Shown piece after piece: positions 47,461-57,615 of a stretch of 64,000 nt of DNA. The DNA is taken from positions 256,001-320,000 of the forward strand of contig JBQLZK010000002.1 in NCBI GenBank assembly GCA_052168235.1. Direction: 5' to 3'. The DNA is from Thainema sp. (GTDB lineage Bacteria; Cyanobacteriota; Cyanobacteriia; Phormidesmidales; Phormidesmidaceae). Numbering within the stretch: position 1 is the stretch's first letter; every line of letters begins with the position of its first letter. The position numbers and the translations under genes are program-made. The notes beneath the pieces are model-generated. The model saw only the letters and a program-made list of their open reading frames with translations, was not told the DNA's origin and made no database searches.

Positions 47461-48336
47461 GTGAAACAACCGTTGATTTCCGGAAAAACAAAGCTCCTTG
47501 GCATTATTGGCAGTCCCGTTACCCATTCGATGTCGCCAGCGATGCAAAATGCCGCGATCGCACATTTAGAGCTTGACTATATTTACGTGCCGTTTCCAGT
47601 TTTACCGGATCAGCTTGAGGATGCGATCGTAGGTTTCACGGCAATTGGTGTTCAAGGCTTTAATATTACAATTCCCCACAAGCAGGCAATTATCCCTTAT
47701 CTCACTGAGATCTCAGATGAGGCGAAAGCGGTCGGCGCTGTCAATACCGCTTGGCGGACGGAACAGGGCTGGAGCGGCACCAACACTGACGTAATTGGCT
47801 TTCTGGCTCCACTGCGATCGCTGGATTGGGATTGGCGCACCGTCACTCCCATTGTCCTGGGTAATGGGGGGGCGGCTAGAGCAGTCGTTGCCGGATTTGC
47901 GAAGCTGGGCTGTTCGAAATTACACCTGGTGGGTCGCAGTGCGGAAAAACTCGATCAGTTTGTAGCAAGCTGGCAATCCTCACCGCTACAAATTGAGTTG
48001 GTGACCCATACCTGGGATGCGCTGGACGAACTTGTTGCGATCGCATCTCTGATTGTTAATACCACGCCCATTGGCATGCATCCCAACACTCAAGCCTCGC
48101 CGCTATCTGATGAGCAAATGCAGCGTGTGCCTAGCAGCGCCATTGCCTACGATTTAATTTATACCCCTAGCCCGACCCAGTTTTTGCGACAGGCTGCAGC
48201 TCAGGGTTCACAGGTGATTGATGGGACGGAGATGCTAATTCATCAAGGTGCAGCGGCGCTTGAGCAGTGGGTCGGCCAGCCCGCACCGATTGACGTGATG
48301 CGGCAAGCTCTCCATCAGCAACTGCACGCCCATTAA
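47461..48336 (+). CDS. aroE: Shikimate dehydrogenase
   Basis: HSMSPAMQN, NITIPHKQ, GAVNT, NTDV, GNGGAARA and DLIYTP. Confidence 0.96.
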   Translation: MKQPLISGKTKLLGIIGSPVTHSMSPAMQNAAIAHLELDYIYVPFPVLPDQLEDAIVGFTAIGVQGFNITIPHKQAIIPYLTEISDEAKAVGAVNTAWRTEQGWSGTNTDVIGFLAPLRSLDWDWRTVTPIVLGNGGAARAVVAGFAKLGCSKLHLVGRSAEKLDQFVASWQSSPLQIELVTHTWDALDELVAIASLIVNTTPIGMHPNTQASPLSDEQMQRVPSSAIAYDLIYTPSPTQFLRQAAAQGSQVIDGTEMLIHQGAAALEQWVGQPAPIDVMRQALHQQLHAH

Positions 48337-49067
48337 GGAAACCTTAAACAAGACCTGCAATATGCTCTGAGAAAACTTAAATGGCGGTTGCATCTCTTAA
48401 TATTTTGCAACTTTTAATTTTACTTTTACGTAAAAGTACAAGATACTCAGTGATTAAGTTCCTGATTGATCACAAACCTTCCATGAATATACGCAGGCAG
48501 TAGTATTAATCATTACTGCTGGTTTCGTGGTTTAGGCAATAGGTTGATGTCGCCCTGCAAAGCTGCGTTCTGACTGTTCAGTTCTAGCTTTGAAATTAAG
48601 GGAATCAGCTCAATCTTGTGATTTAGTCTCGCTATTTAAGAACACCATGTAGTTTTTTGCTATACAGTCCGACAATCAATTTGGTCGCTCACGCGCTCAA
48701 TTGGTTATCAGATTTGGCGATGCTGATCTGCTGATACAGATCCACGTTATATAAACCCCCACCCTTTAAAAATTCGCGCCGTTAAAATTCGCGATTGTGT
48801 TGCGGTGAGTTCACCCTGCTGGCCGCAGTGAGTGATTCCAACGAGTGATTGAGCAACAAGGTGCTGCTCTGACTTGCGAGTCCTTTGATTGGCCCTCTTA
48901 ATCGGCTCTCAGCAACTGCATCCGTTGCAACTGAGGCTAGAGATGTATCGTCTCTACCTCGTGCTTTGCGTGTTTACGTTTAGCTAGTTTGGCTTGGCTA
49001 GTTTTGGTTAGCTGTTGTTCCTGCCAATTCGTCCCTGTTTTTCTGTTTGGATGAGGATTTTAATGTT

Positions 49068-50084
49068 ATGACCCCAGCGATCGCATCTACGGTATTTCGC
49101 AAGTCTGCCGTAACGAAACAACGCTCCTTTGCCCGACTCTGGGCCCGCAAATACGTCATTGCCGTGTCGAAGGGTGACAATGCTGCTAACATCGCTTCAA
49201 CTAAAACCTTGGCCGAGGCGACGTCGCGCCTTGGTCGGGCTGAAACAGCAGCACACTTGAAAAAGCATTTGCGGTTAGCTAGCGCTCAAGCCTGGACGGC
49301 AACGGAAAATCTGCTGTCTCACGAGGTTTTGCGCCATCGGATTAATCCGGATCTGATTAATCCCGTAGAAATTGCGGCAGATTCACGGGAGCTGTTTGAG
49401 CAAGCGCTGGACGCCTACGAAAATCGGATTACGCCTCATCGGATGTCGGTGGGCATGAGCAATGCCTGCGGCAAGATGCGCGCCAAGTATACGGCTGATG
49501 ATCCACGGGCCATTGGTTTTGTCAGTATGCAGTTTCACTACACGGGCATGAAGCTGCTGGAATATCTTACCCCAGTGGAGAAGTCGCTGTTTGAGCCTTA
49601 TCTCAAGGTGATGGACGATCATATGTATATGCCGCTGCGGGCGGCCTATGAAGCCGCTGCCGATTATGAGATGGATGCGCCAGAACTAAAAGCGGTGCAA
49701 AATCTGCTGCCCCTGATTACGCCAGTCGCCAAGACGATCTGCGATCGCGTTCGTCGCCTCTATCCAGGTTATGAAACCTATAGCGGCGCATTGGATTCCC
49801 GCGTCGTTAATATTTCCAGCATTCGCGATGCTGAGATGTTCCAGGTATACCTCTGCCTCTGTGTCTTGCAAAACAGCTTTGTCTCGGTTCAGCAAGAGCT
49901 GTTCCCCCTCTGCGTCATGCTCTATCCGTCGCTGAAGGTGAAGTGGTCGCTGGTGCAGGAAATGCTGCGTCTACTGGGTCAGGAAATGCTGGTGCAGCTC
50001 GATCCAGAGGACATGGCGGTCTTTTTGCCTCACCTGCGGACGCTGACGGAAATGTTTGCCGATGACGTGTTCGATATCGCTTAA
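49068..50084 (+). CDS. Conserved cyanobacterial hypothetical protein (predicted all-helical)
   Basis: Long ORF with GAGGA RBS upstream of the ATG at 49068. Confidence 0.75.
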   Translation: MTPAIASTVFRKSAVTKQRSFARLWARKYVIAVSKGDNAANIASTKTLAEATSRLGRAETAAHLKKHLRLASAQAWTATENLLSHEVLRHRINPDLINPVEIAADSRELFEQALDAYENRITPHRMSVGMSNACGKMRAKYTADDPRAIGFVSMQFHYTGMKLLEYLTPVEKSLFEPYLKVMDDHMYMPLRAAYEAAADYEMDAPELKAVQNLLPLITPVAKTICDRVRRLYPGYETYSGALDSRVVNISSIRDAEMFQVYLCLCVLQNSFVSVQQELFPLCVMLYPSLKVKWSLVQEMLRLLGQEMLVQLDPEDMAVFLPHLRTLTEMFADDVFDIA

Positions 50085-50184
50085 CGTTTTCCTTGTCTAT
50101 ATGCGTTCAAGTACAGTCTCCACGCACGGCCATGCCGTGCTTTTTTGTTTTAGGCTAAGGAATGAGATGATTTATCCCTAATTC

Positions 50185-50325
50185 ATGGAAATTACTACCG
50201 ACACCACCAACACCCTTGACCTGATTACGGTCGGCCTTGCGATCGCAATCATCATCGGCGGTTTTCTGATGATGTTTACCAACATTTGGACAACCAAGCG
50301 CAACACATCCAATAAAAATCGATAA
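50185..50325 (+). CDS. Small single-TM protein (46 aa), below the ORF-track cutoff
   Basis: MEITTDTTNTLDLITVGLAIAIIIGGFLMMFTNIWTTKRNTSNKNR; ends 14 bp before the ycf66-family gene. Confidence 0.6.
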   Translation: MEITTDTTNTLDLITVGLAIAIIIGGFLMMFTNIWTTKRNTSNKNR

Positions 50326-50339
50326 TTTCTGAATTTGAT

Positions 50340-52685
50340 ATGGCACACCTCCTGGCATTCGCTCTGGCACGCGGATTAGCAATTGCAGTCGGCTTGGGCA
50401 GCTTTGCCCTCTACATGGCCGCTTTCTTCTTCCCAGAAGTGCATCGTAAGCCTGACCTGGTTTGGAGCGGTGTTGGCTTGCTATATGCCGTGGTGCTGTG
50501 GTTTTGTGCGGGGCAAATTGAAGGCGCGCTACTGCTGGGCCAAATCGCTGGTGTGGCGCTGCTGGTCTGGCTCGGTTGGCAGGTGCTAACGCTGCGCCGG
50601 ATTAAAACGCCCATTCAGCAGCAAACGTTGCCAGGAGCCTCTTCTCAAGATTTGACGCAGGTGGCACTCGGTCAAGCCAAAGCCGCCGCCGATAACTTTT
50701 CGATTGCTGAAACAGCAACTGCGATCGCAGGTATCACCTCTAGCGCCATTGCCGCTGCCAGAGGCCAATCCCAGCCCTCTCAATCTACGCCTCAAGCCTG
50801 CCCGATCGATACCTCGGTGACCCAAGCGCGATCGCAATCTTCCCCACGTCCCGCCAGCGCTCAGCTTGCTCAGCCTATCAAGCAGCCTCAGCCTGAGCCG
50901 CAGTCACCAATTGCGCCGCCGAGTGTTTCTGTACAGTCTAAAGTGCGATCGCAACCGTCTGAGCGCCAAGCTACTCCGGTTGAAACGACGGGTAAATCTG
51001 AACAACCTGAGCAGGTCACATCTGGACAAGCCGCTCAAACCGCTCAAACCGCTCAAACCGCAGCGACAGATGTGACAGGTAAAGACATCACGAATAAAGA
51101 CGCTACAGACGAAGAGATTCTCCAGCCAATTGTCTCGCCGCCTGTCGAGTCCACGACTGCCGCTACACCAGCAGCAGCTTCCACCACAGCCGCCGCCGCC
51201 GCAGATGAAGAGTGGGGCAACTGGATGGAAGACGAGGATTTCGGCGAGTCAACCGCCGAAACCGTCACGGTTGCGTCAGTTCAAGCTGATACTGTCACCC
51301 AGTCGTCCCCGACCGTGGATCGTTCAGCATTTGATCCCGCTCCAGCATCCACACCCGTAAACCAACCTGCTGCTCCGTCCCAAAACCAGAGCAAGAGCAA
51401 GTTAGGACTATTAACTGATTGGATTGGCGGACTGCTGCCCTTTGGCAAAAAGAAAAAATCGCAGCCGATGGTGACGCTGCCGCCCCGCGAGTCATCCTTA
51501 CCTCGTTCGCCAAATGCGGCTCAACCGAAGTCATCCCAGCCGATGCTGACCATTCCACGCCGCGAGTCATCGCTCCGCCGACCTAGCCCGCCTACACCGG
51601 ATGCCGCTACAGCAGCACCATCGACTGCCGGAGAGACTCAGGAATCTGAGATCGCACCTGCTTCGTCCCAAACTCCACCTCTCAGCGATGACGCAAATGG
51701 CGTAACAGTCAATCCTGAAGCAGTAACAGATACCAGCGCAACTCAAACGCCTCCTCAGCCTAGCCCAGAGGAAATCTTGATTCCCGAAACCCTGCCGTCC
51801 GATGAGGAAGCCTGGGGCCGATTGTCTGCGATCGCAAATCAAGAGGACGATGCCCTAGCAGAAGCCGTCTTAATTGAAGATGCGACTTCGACCGAGGCAC
51901 CAGTATCCGAAATCTTAGAAGTAGCTGAAGACATAGCTGAAGAAATAAAGGAATCTGCGGAATCGAGTACGGATGCGAATCTTAAGACCGATATCGATGA
52001 AGCGATAGATGCGGCAGATACGGTAGATGCGACAGATGCGACAGATGCGACAGATGCGATCGCAGATTCCCCTCCTGACTCAGTATCCTTGGCAGACACA
52101 AGTTTGACCGTTACGCCCGAATCGACTGACGATGAAGCGCCAGAAGCATTAGACGCTGATGACTCTGAGCTAACGGATAGCCATGCTATCGATCACCTGG
52201 AGGTGGATCAGGCTGATGAGTCTAACGACGAGCAGACTGCTGAGGTTGACTTATCTGAGGCTGCTCCCGATTTACAAAACGAGCAGCCCGACCAGTCACT
52301 AGCTACAGATGAACTGCAATCATCGCCAGCCGAGCCAGGAGCATCAGGAGCAACAGTTGATGTCGAGGCCGACGCAGGCGATCCGGAAAATGAGGCTCAC
52401 TCAGACGAGCTAGTGACCGAGTCTGTTGAGGTCGTCGCTGCAGCCGATGGTGATCGCGGCGATGAGACTAATGATCAACCTGACAATCAGTCTGACGATT
52501 CTGCTGATGAGGATGACGCAGGTGATCAGGCAGCGGCGGCTGAAACTGACGCTACAGAGGCGCAATCTACAGAGGATCACGATTCTAATACCGATCACCC
52601 AGCCTTGAAGCGACCGAATCCACCGTCCCAAGACCTACTGGACGATCTTCAGCGCCAGCACTATACCGACTACGGACGCGAGTAG
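50340..52685 (+). CDS. Ycf66-family membrane protein with a long disordered Pro/Ser-rich then acidic tail
   Basis: LYMAAFFFPEVHRKPDLVWSGVGLLYAVVLW..GALLLGQ N-terminal Ycf66-type domain. Confidence 0.8.
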   Translation: MAHLLAFALARGLAIAVGLGSFALYMAAFFFPEVHRKPDLVWSGVGLLYAVVLWFCAGQIEGALLLGQIAGVALLVWLGWQVLTLRRIKTPIQQQTLPGASSQDLTQVALGQAKAAADNFSIAETATAIAGITSSAIAAARGQSQPSQSTPQACPIDTSVTQARSQSSPRPASAQLAQPIKQPQPEPQSPIAPPSVSVQSKVRSQPSERQATPVETTGKSEQPEQVTSGQAAQTAQTAQTAATDVTGKDITNKDATDEEILQPIVSPPVESTTAATPAAASTTAAAAADEEWGNWMEDEDFGESTAETVTVASVQADTVTQSSPTVDRSAFDPAPASTPVNQPAAPSQNQSKSKLGLLTDWIGGLLPFGKKKKSQPMVTLPPRESSLPRSPNAAQPKSSQPMLTIPRRESSLRRPSPPTPDAATAAPSTAGETQESEIAPASSQTPPLSDDANGVTVNPEAVTDTSATQTPPQPSPEEILIPETLPSDEEAWGRLSAIANQEDDALAEAVLIEDATSTEAPVSEILEVAEDIAEEIKESAESSTDANLKTDIDEAIDAADTVDATDATDATDAIADSPPDSVSLADTSLTVTPESTDDEAPEALDADDSELTDSHAIDHLEVDQADESNDEQTAEVDLSEAAPDLQNEQPDQSLATDELQSSPAEPGASGATVDVEADAGDPENEAHSDELVTESVEVVAAADGDRGDETNDQPDNQSDDSADEDDAGDQAAAAETDATEAQSTEDHDSNTDHPALKRPNPPSQDLLDDLQRQHYTDYGRE

Positions 52686-52690
52686 TTCAG

Positions 52691-52780
52691 TAGACTTTAT
52701 TGGAAATTGTTGTGTAGCGCGGCTTCGCCACGCTACACAACAATTTCCAACCCCAAAAACTTTATTTCCAATAAAGTCTA
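52691..52780. repeat. Palindromic MITE-like element, copy 1
   Basis: TAGACTTTATTGGAAAT...ATTTCCAATAAAGTCTA ends with an internal GCTTCGC-loop hairpin. Confidence 0.85.
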
Positions 52781-52817
52781 GTATCTAGTACCTAACCTAG
52801 TACCCAGTAATTGAAAG

Positions 52818-52983
52818 CTACTGTTTATACATAAGTCTCCTAGACTTCGTTTCGACGTTGAGATCCCCCCTTGCCCCCCTTAAAAAAGGGGGAATTGGCT
52901 CAAAGTTCCCCCCTTTTTAAGGGGGATTTAGGGGGATCAGTCCGGGATTTAGAAGGACTATTCAGGATGTGTATAAGCAGTAG
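52818..52983. mobile_element. 166-bp MITE with imperfect terminal inverted repeats and an 11-bp target-site duplication
   Basis: CTACTGTTTATACA...TGTATAAGCAGTAG; GTAATTGAAAG at 52807-52817 and 52984-52994; internal CCCCCTTAAAAAAGGGGG hairpins. Confidence 0.85.
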
Positions 52984-53091
52984 GTAATTGAAAGGGAGAA
53001 GTGAAGCGAGCGGAGTGAAAGGACTGTAAAGGGTTGTAGCGCTTAGAGAAGCAGGAGGGTCGCTGTCGTGTACCCTGTGGCTATGTGGCTA

Positions 53092-53808
53092 TTAAACTGA
53101 TTTTGTGGCTACTGATTGGGACTGTAAAGCGGCGGCTAACCACTGGGGATAGCTTAAGGAATGTGCTGGTTCTAGGACTAGCTTTGTATCGATTCCTTCG
53201 AGTTTGTTATCAGCAAAAATTGAGGGACAGACCTGGTCAAAGACCGACGCCACGGTATCTACAGTGCCAAACGCTTCTATCCCTAAGCTAAACCAGCGTT
53301 GATCGAACGCAATGACCTCTGCAATTTCGACACTACAGCCCGCATGATGTTGCTGATCAAAGCTATCGCCAGACGTGGAAAATGCGATCGCAGTTTCCAT
53401 CCCGTTTTCAGTCGCCCCGTTATCAGCTAAATAATAGGTTTTCGACTGTCGCGTTTTCGCAACCGCAATCCACTGCTCTTTTTGGTCGAAGCGTTTTTGG
53501 ATGGTCGTTGCCGCTTCTGCTAACGGAAAGCTCCACTTTATCCACTGCCCAACGTGGCCGTGAATCGATGGGGAAAGTAATTGGATACCGCGATCGCAAA
53601 TTCGCTGCTTCACTTCAATTTGGCCTTCGCGCAGTTTGATGCTCAAGTCAATGTGCTGTGGTAAACGAAGGTACCAATCGGTGCGAGATTCAACGGTTGG
53701 CTGGAAATTATGAGTTGGATAGTGATGATTCCGCTCCACCCACCAATCTCTGACGGGGGCTGGAATCTGATGCGGCCAAAACCACCGCGCTTCCATACTG
53801 GGCTGCAT
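53092..53808 (-). CDS. Hypothetical protein, CYTH-like fold
   Basis: EARWF, RTDWYL, IKLREG.IEVK and EIAE. Confidence 0.65.
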   Translation of the reverse strand: MQPSMEARWFWPHQIPAPVRDWWVERNHHYPTHNFQPTVESRTDWYLRLPQHIDLSIKLREGQIEVKQRICDRGIQLLSPSIHGHVGQWIKWSFPLAEAATTIQKRFDQKEQWIAVAKTRQSKTYYLADNGATENGMETAIAFSTSGDSFDQQHHAGCSVEIAEVIAFDQRWFSLGIEAFGTVDTVASVFDQVCPSIFADNKLEGIDTKLVLEPAHSLSYPQWLAAALQSQSVATKSV

Positions 53809-53903
53809 ACACTTTGAGGGGAAATCTGATTTTTCAATTTGTAATCAGTATAAAAATCCCTCACTCAAACCTCATGGCTCATGAGGATGAGACTTAATCA
53901 GGA

Positions 53904-54260
53904 TTAATAGCGCGGAATCGACGCATCGACCTTAATGGCATAGGCATCAATTCCTCCCGTTAAATTGCGCACATTAGTGAATCCTTGATTGATTAACCAG
54001 TACGTCATCTGAGCCGACCGTATGCCGTGATGGCACATGACAATGGTTTCCTGCTCCGCATCCAGTAGGGAATGAATATGTTCCGACCAGTTTCCATATT
54101 CACTCAGCGGCAAATTGATAAACCCATCAATCGCGGCTAATTCAAGCTCCATCGGTTCTCGGACATCCACCAGTTGGGGCGGAGCTTGGGGTGGTTCAAT
54201 AGCAGCCAGTCGCTGGGCGAAGTCTTCAACGCTGATTTGAGGGAGATCTTCGGCGTACAT
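53904..54260 (-). CDS. Rhodanese-like domain protein
   Basis: LVDVREP.E, MCHHGIRS and NLTGGIDAY. Confidence 0.92.
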   Translation of the reverse strand: MYAEDLPQISVEDFAQRLAAIEPPQAPPQLVDVREPMELELAAIDGFINLPLSEYGNWSEHIHSLLDAEQETIVMCHHGIRSAQMTYWLINQGFTNVRNLTGGIDAYAIKVDASIPRY

Positions 54261-54435
54261 AGTTGGACGAGTTGAACGAGTTGAACGAATAGTTGCGCAG
54301 GTGTGAAATAACCAGTTATTACCGAATGGTAGCTAAATTTTGCAGATGTTCCAGGATACTTCTCGATCTGGTAGTCCGCAAAACGTTTTTTGAGTGTGTG
54401 GGCGGTGTCCACACACTCAAAAATCATTACTTGAA

Positions 54436-54515
54436 TGGAAATAAAGTTTTTGGGGTTGGAAATTGTTGTGTAGCGCGGCTTCGCCGCGCTACACAACAAT
54501 TTCCAATAAAGTCTA
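54436..54515. repeat. Palindromic MITE-like element, copy 2 (inverted relative to copy 1, one end truncated)
   Basis: Matches the reverse complement of 52691-52770 except at the loop. Confidence 0.85.
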
Positions 54516-54713
54516 TTATCCAAATGTAGTGACTTATCAACGGATTGATGAGACCGTCACCGCAGAGTATTACAGTATTCACTGGGCATACCGTTGCGTC
54601 ATTTCCGATCGTTAACGACTCGCTATCGACTCGTTAACGGCTGGCTGGCCGCATAACTGGCTAATGGCTGGGCGGTGTTGCTCCAACTGCCGCTCATGGT
54701 TCGACTTATCCCG

Positions 54714-56495
54714 ATGAAGGTTCGCTCATTTTTCTCCATCCTAATCGCGTTCGTCCTGATTCTGCTGCTCTCCGGTATTGGCGGAGCCATTTGGATTACC
54801 ACACAGAGCCCACTGTCCCTGTTGAAAGGCGGCGGCGTCAGCACTACGCCCGCTGCAACAATGTTTGTCTCTCAGCAAGCGCCGCTGATGGTGTCGCTGT
54901 TGGTCAATCCTGAACGGCTGATTACCGCGCGCCAGGTGTTTACTCGCCCCGGCCAGCGACGACGCGCTGCTAAAGAAATTGAGCGCTTGCGTCAAGGTGT
55001 CTTATCTGGGTTTGACCTCAACTATCGCACCGATGTGCAGCCTTGGCTTGGCGACGAGCTAACTTTAGCTGTGACGACACCGGATTTGGATCGAGATCGC
55101 GCCAATGGTACACAGCCGGGTTATCTACTGGCACTTTCAACCATTGATCCGGTGCGATCGCAAGAATTTTTGCGCCTCTTTTGGCAGCAGCAGGCCGAAG
55201 TGGGAACGGATCTGGTATTTGAACAATATGCAGGTGTGAAACTGATCTATCGGCAGGAAGCTGTAACCAATCCCAATCGGTCTCGTTCCGTTGCGGTTGA
55301 GGGGACAACGGAGGGCGCACCAGAGACGCAGCCGGGCCTTGCAAGTGCGGCGATTGGCGATCAGTTTGTCTTGTTTGCCAACCATCCCAAGATTTTGCGG
55401 GCTGCGATCGCAAATGTGCAGGCTCCCGATTTGAGCTTGGAGAAAAGTGAGGTTTACCAAGCGCAGCTTCAGGATTTACCGGAGCAGCGAGTCGGGCTGC
55501 TCTACGGCAACTTGCCGGAACTGGCTGACTGGCTGGGCAAGTCGATTTTTCCGACTGATGTAGCCACTGTGAGCACTGCAACCGAGCCGAAATCGACTCA
55601 ATTTGACCGATTGATCGCCTCGATCGGTCTCAGTTCCAGCGGTTTACAGCTGAACAATGCACTACTCACAGCACCCGGAGAGGAGCTTGAACGCGAGCGT
55701 CCGGCCCTGGCACAGCCCTCGGAGTTGCTGTGCTATATGCCGGCTGATAGTCTTTTGCTGACCAGTGGCCGCAATCTAGGCGAAGACTGGCACAAGGTCT
55801 CAGATAGCTTGCAGGGCTATACCAGAACGAAAGCGCTGTTGGAACAAGTCATTACGACTCTCAAAACCCGCTGGAATTTAGATGCGGAAACTGAGCTATT
55901 CAACTGGACACAAGGCGAATTTGCCTTTGGTCTTCGTCCCCGGACTGACTCAGCCCAGTCGTTTGACTGGATACTCGTCACTGAACGCCAGTCTGATGCA
56001 GTCATTGAAGGCATTCAGCATTTGGACGAACTGGCGACTCAACAGGGCTACAGCGTTGGTCAGGTTGATCTCGCTGATCGCGCTGTCACTGCTTGGACAC
56101 AGCTTTCCACCGTACCCTCCAGCCGCCGCCAGACCAGCTCACAGGTGCTGCAAGCATCGGTCGCAGGGGCTCATGTCCAGGTGGGCAACTACGAGATTCT
56201 GGCCAGTTCTCTTGCGGCACTGGAAGCGGCACTACAGGCGAATGACCAATCCGTGCTGACCCAGGCCGATTTTGGCCGTGCGATCGCAAATCTAGACACT
56301 CCTAATGATGGCTATGTCTATCTCAATTGGCCCAGTCTCAAGCAGCGGTTAGCGAAACGTTCACCACTGTTCCAAGTCCTGGATTCTCTCGCACAGCCGC
56401 TGACTAATCATTTAGAATCGGTCACGCTGAGTACCTACGGTCGCGATCGCAACCGACAGCCCAGCGGCATCTTCCTTCATCTCACCGACGAATAA
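54714..56495 (+). CDS. DUF3352 domain protein
   Basis: N-terminal TM, APLMVSLLVNPERL, DVQPWLGDE and FANHPKIL; start placed at MKVRSF. Confidence 0.8.
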   Translation: MKVRSFFSILIAFVLILLLSGIGGAIWITTQSPLSLLKGGGVSTTPAATMFVSQQAPLMVSLLVNPERLITARQVFTRPGQRRRAAKEIERLRQGVLSGFDLNYRTDVQPWLGDELTLAVTTPDLDRDRANGTQPGYLLALSTIDPVRSQEFLRLFWQQQAEVGTDLVFEQYAGVKLIYRQEAVTNPNRSRSVAVEGTTEGAPETQPGLASAAIGDQFVLFANHPKILRAAIANVQAPDLSLEKSEVYQAQLQDLPEQRVGLLYGNLPELADWLGKSIFPTDVATVSTATEPKSTQFDRLIASIGLSSSGLQLNNALLTAPGEELERERPALAQPSELLCYMPADSLLLTSGRNLGEDWHKVSDSLQGYTRTKALLEQVITTLKTRWNLDAETELFNWTQGEFAFGLRPRTDSAQSFDWILVTERQSDAVIEGIQHLDELATQQGYSVGQVDLADRAVTAWTQLSTVPSSRRQTSSQVLQASVAGAHVQVGNYEILASSLAALEAALQANDQSVLTQADFGRAIANLDTPNDGYVYLNWPSLKQRLAKRSPLFQVLDSLAQPLTNHLESVTLSTYGRDRNRQPSGIFLHLTDE

Positions 56496-56543
56496 CGCGC
56501 AGGTTGGGCATCGTTCACCTTACTTGATTAAATCTGCGTCATG

Positions 56544-56675
56544 TCACTGCGACATGAAGCCAGTTAACAACAACGGCAACAGCAACAGGACAGCGATAAT
56601 GGCGACTAACGTTCCTGGCTCAATCTTCACGAGATTGGGATCGGGTTTATTGGGATTTTGATTAGGATCAGACAT
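56544..56675 (-). CDS. Small single-TM protein (43 aa), below the ORF-track cutoff
   Basis: MSDPNQNPNKPDPNLVKIEPGTLVAIIAVLLLLPLLLTGFMSQ. Confidence 0.6.
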   Translation of the reverse strand: MSDPNQNPNKPDPNLVKIEPGTLVAIIAVLLLLPLLLTGFMSQ

Positions 56676-56857
56676 GTTTAAAGAACGGCTTCATTCGCCG
56701 CTAGCGTCCTACAGTTTGATCCCAGCATAGTGCAAGCGTCGAAACATTCGCGATTAACGATTTTCCGTCTGAGCTTTACCATAGAACGTATATGTATCAC
56801 CTAGCACAGGCGTTACTGACCGACCCAAAGCTTTAAACGTATATTTTTTATTCCGCT

Positions 56858-57502
56858 ATGCCTATCGATATTCAGCTTATTCGCACGGGTGAGCTACGAC
56901 AGTTACCCGGTGCCAAATTAGACGACGAGGATTTATCTGGCCTTGATTTATCAGATATTCATCTAGCGGGTGCCAGTCTAGTTGGTGTGAACTTTGACCG
57001 ATCCGTTTTGCTGCGGGCTCATTTAGAAGGTGCCAATTTAGTCGGCTCGTCGTTTGTTGATGCCGACCTGCGTGCCAACCTCTGGGGGGCCAATCTCATG
57101 CAAAGTGATCTCAGTGGAGCCGATTTGCGGGGAGCCAACCTGCGGGGGGCCAATCTCATGGGCACTAACCTGACGCGCAGCACATTTTCCGGTGCGTTTC
57201 TCAGCGGCGTTAATCTGATGGGGGTTAGCCTCATCGGGGTTGATTTTCGGGGTGGTGATCTGCGGGGCGCTAACTTGAGTGGTGCCAATCTGCGGGGAGC
57301 CGATTTGAGTCGGGCCGATTTACAGGGCGCTTTGCTGAGTGAGGCCAACTTGGAAGAGGCCGATCTACGCGGTGCGAATCTAGCGGGTGCTTCGTTTGTC
57401 AATGCCAATCTGCTTTGTGCAGCGCTGGACGGAGCCAAGGTTAATGGTGTGGACTGGTCAGGTGCTTGTTTGACCGGAACAAACGTGTTGGTGGCCGACT
57501 AA
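56858..57502 (+). CDS. Pentapeptide repeat protein
   Basis: Continuous A(D/N)LxG repeats. Confidence 0.95.
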   Translation: MPIDIQLIRTGELRQLPGAKLDDEDLSGLDLSDIHLAGASLVGVNFDRSVLLRAHLEGANLVGSSFVDADLRANLWGANLMQSDLSGADLRGANLRGANLMGTNLTRSTFSGAFLSGVNLMGVSLIGVDFRGGDLRGANLSGANLRGADLSRADLQGALLSEANLEEADLRGANLAGASFVNANLLCAALDGAKVNGVDWSGACLTGTNVLVAD

Positions 57503-57615
57503 TGGTCGGGGGATCGGGGCGACTGGCTGTTGGCGGGCGGTGATTCCACTGGCCGTCATGTTGATATCTGCCGCAGGAAAGGCGGATGAAGCGCGATCGC
57601 ACCTTGCACTATTCT

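Noticed and set aside
48337..49067. Long leader as a riboswitch or ncRNA (also 25100-25860 and 29400-30240)
   Set aside because: No recognisable conserved RNA motif by eye; an Rfam/Infernal search would be needed.
52807..52994. ATTGAAAG motifs resembling cyanobacterial CRISPR repeat ends
   Set aside because: Only two 11-bp copies flanking an element with inverted ends; better explained as a target-site duplication.
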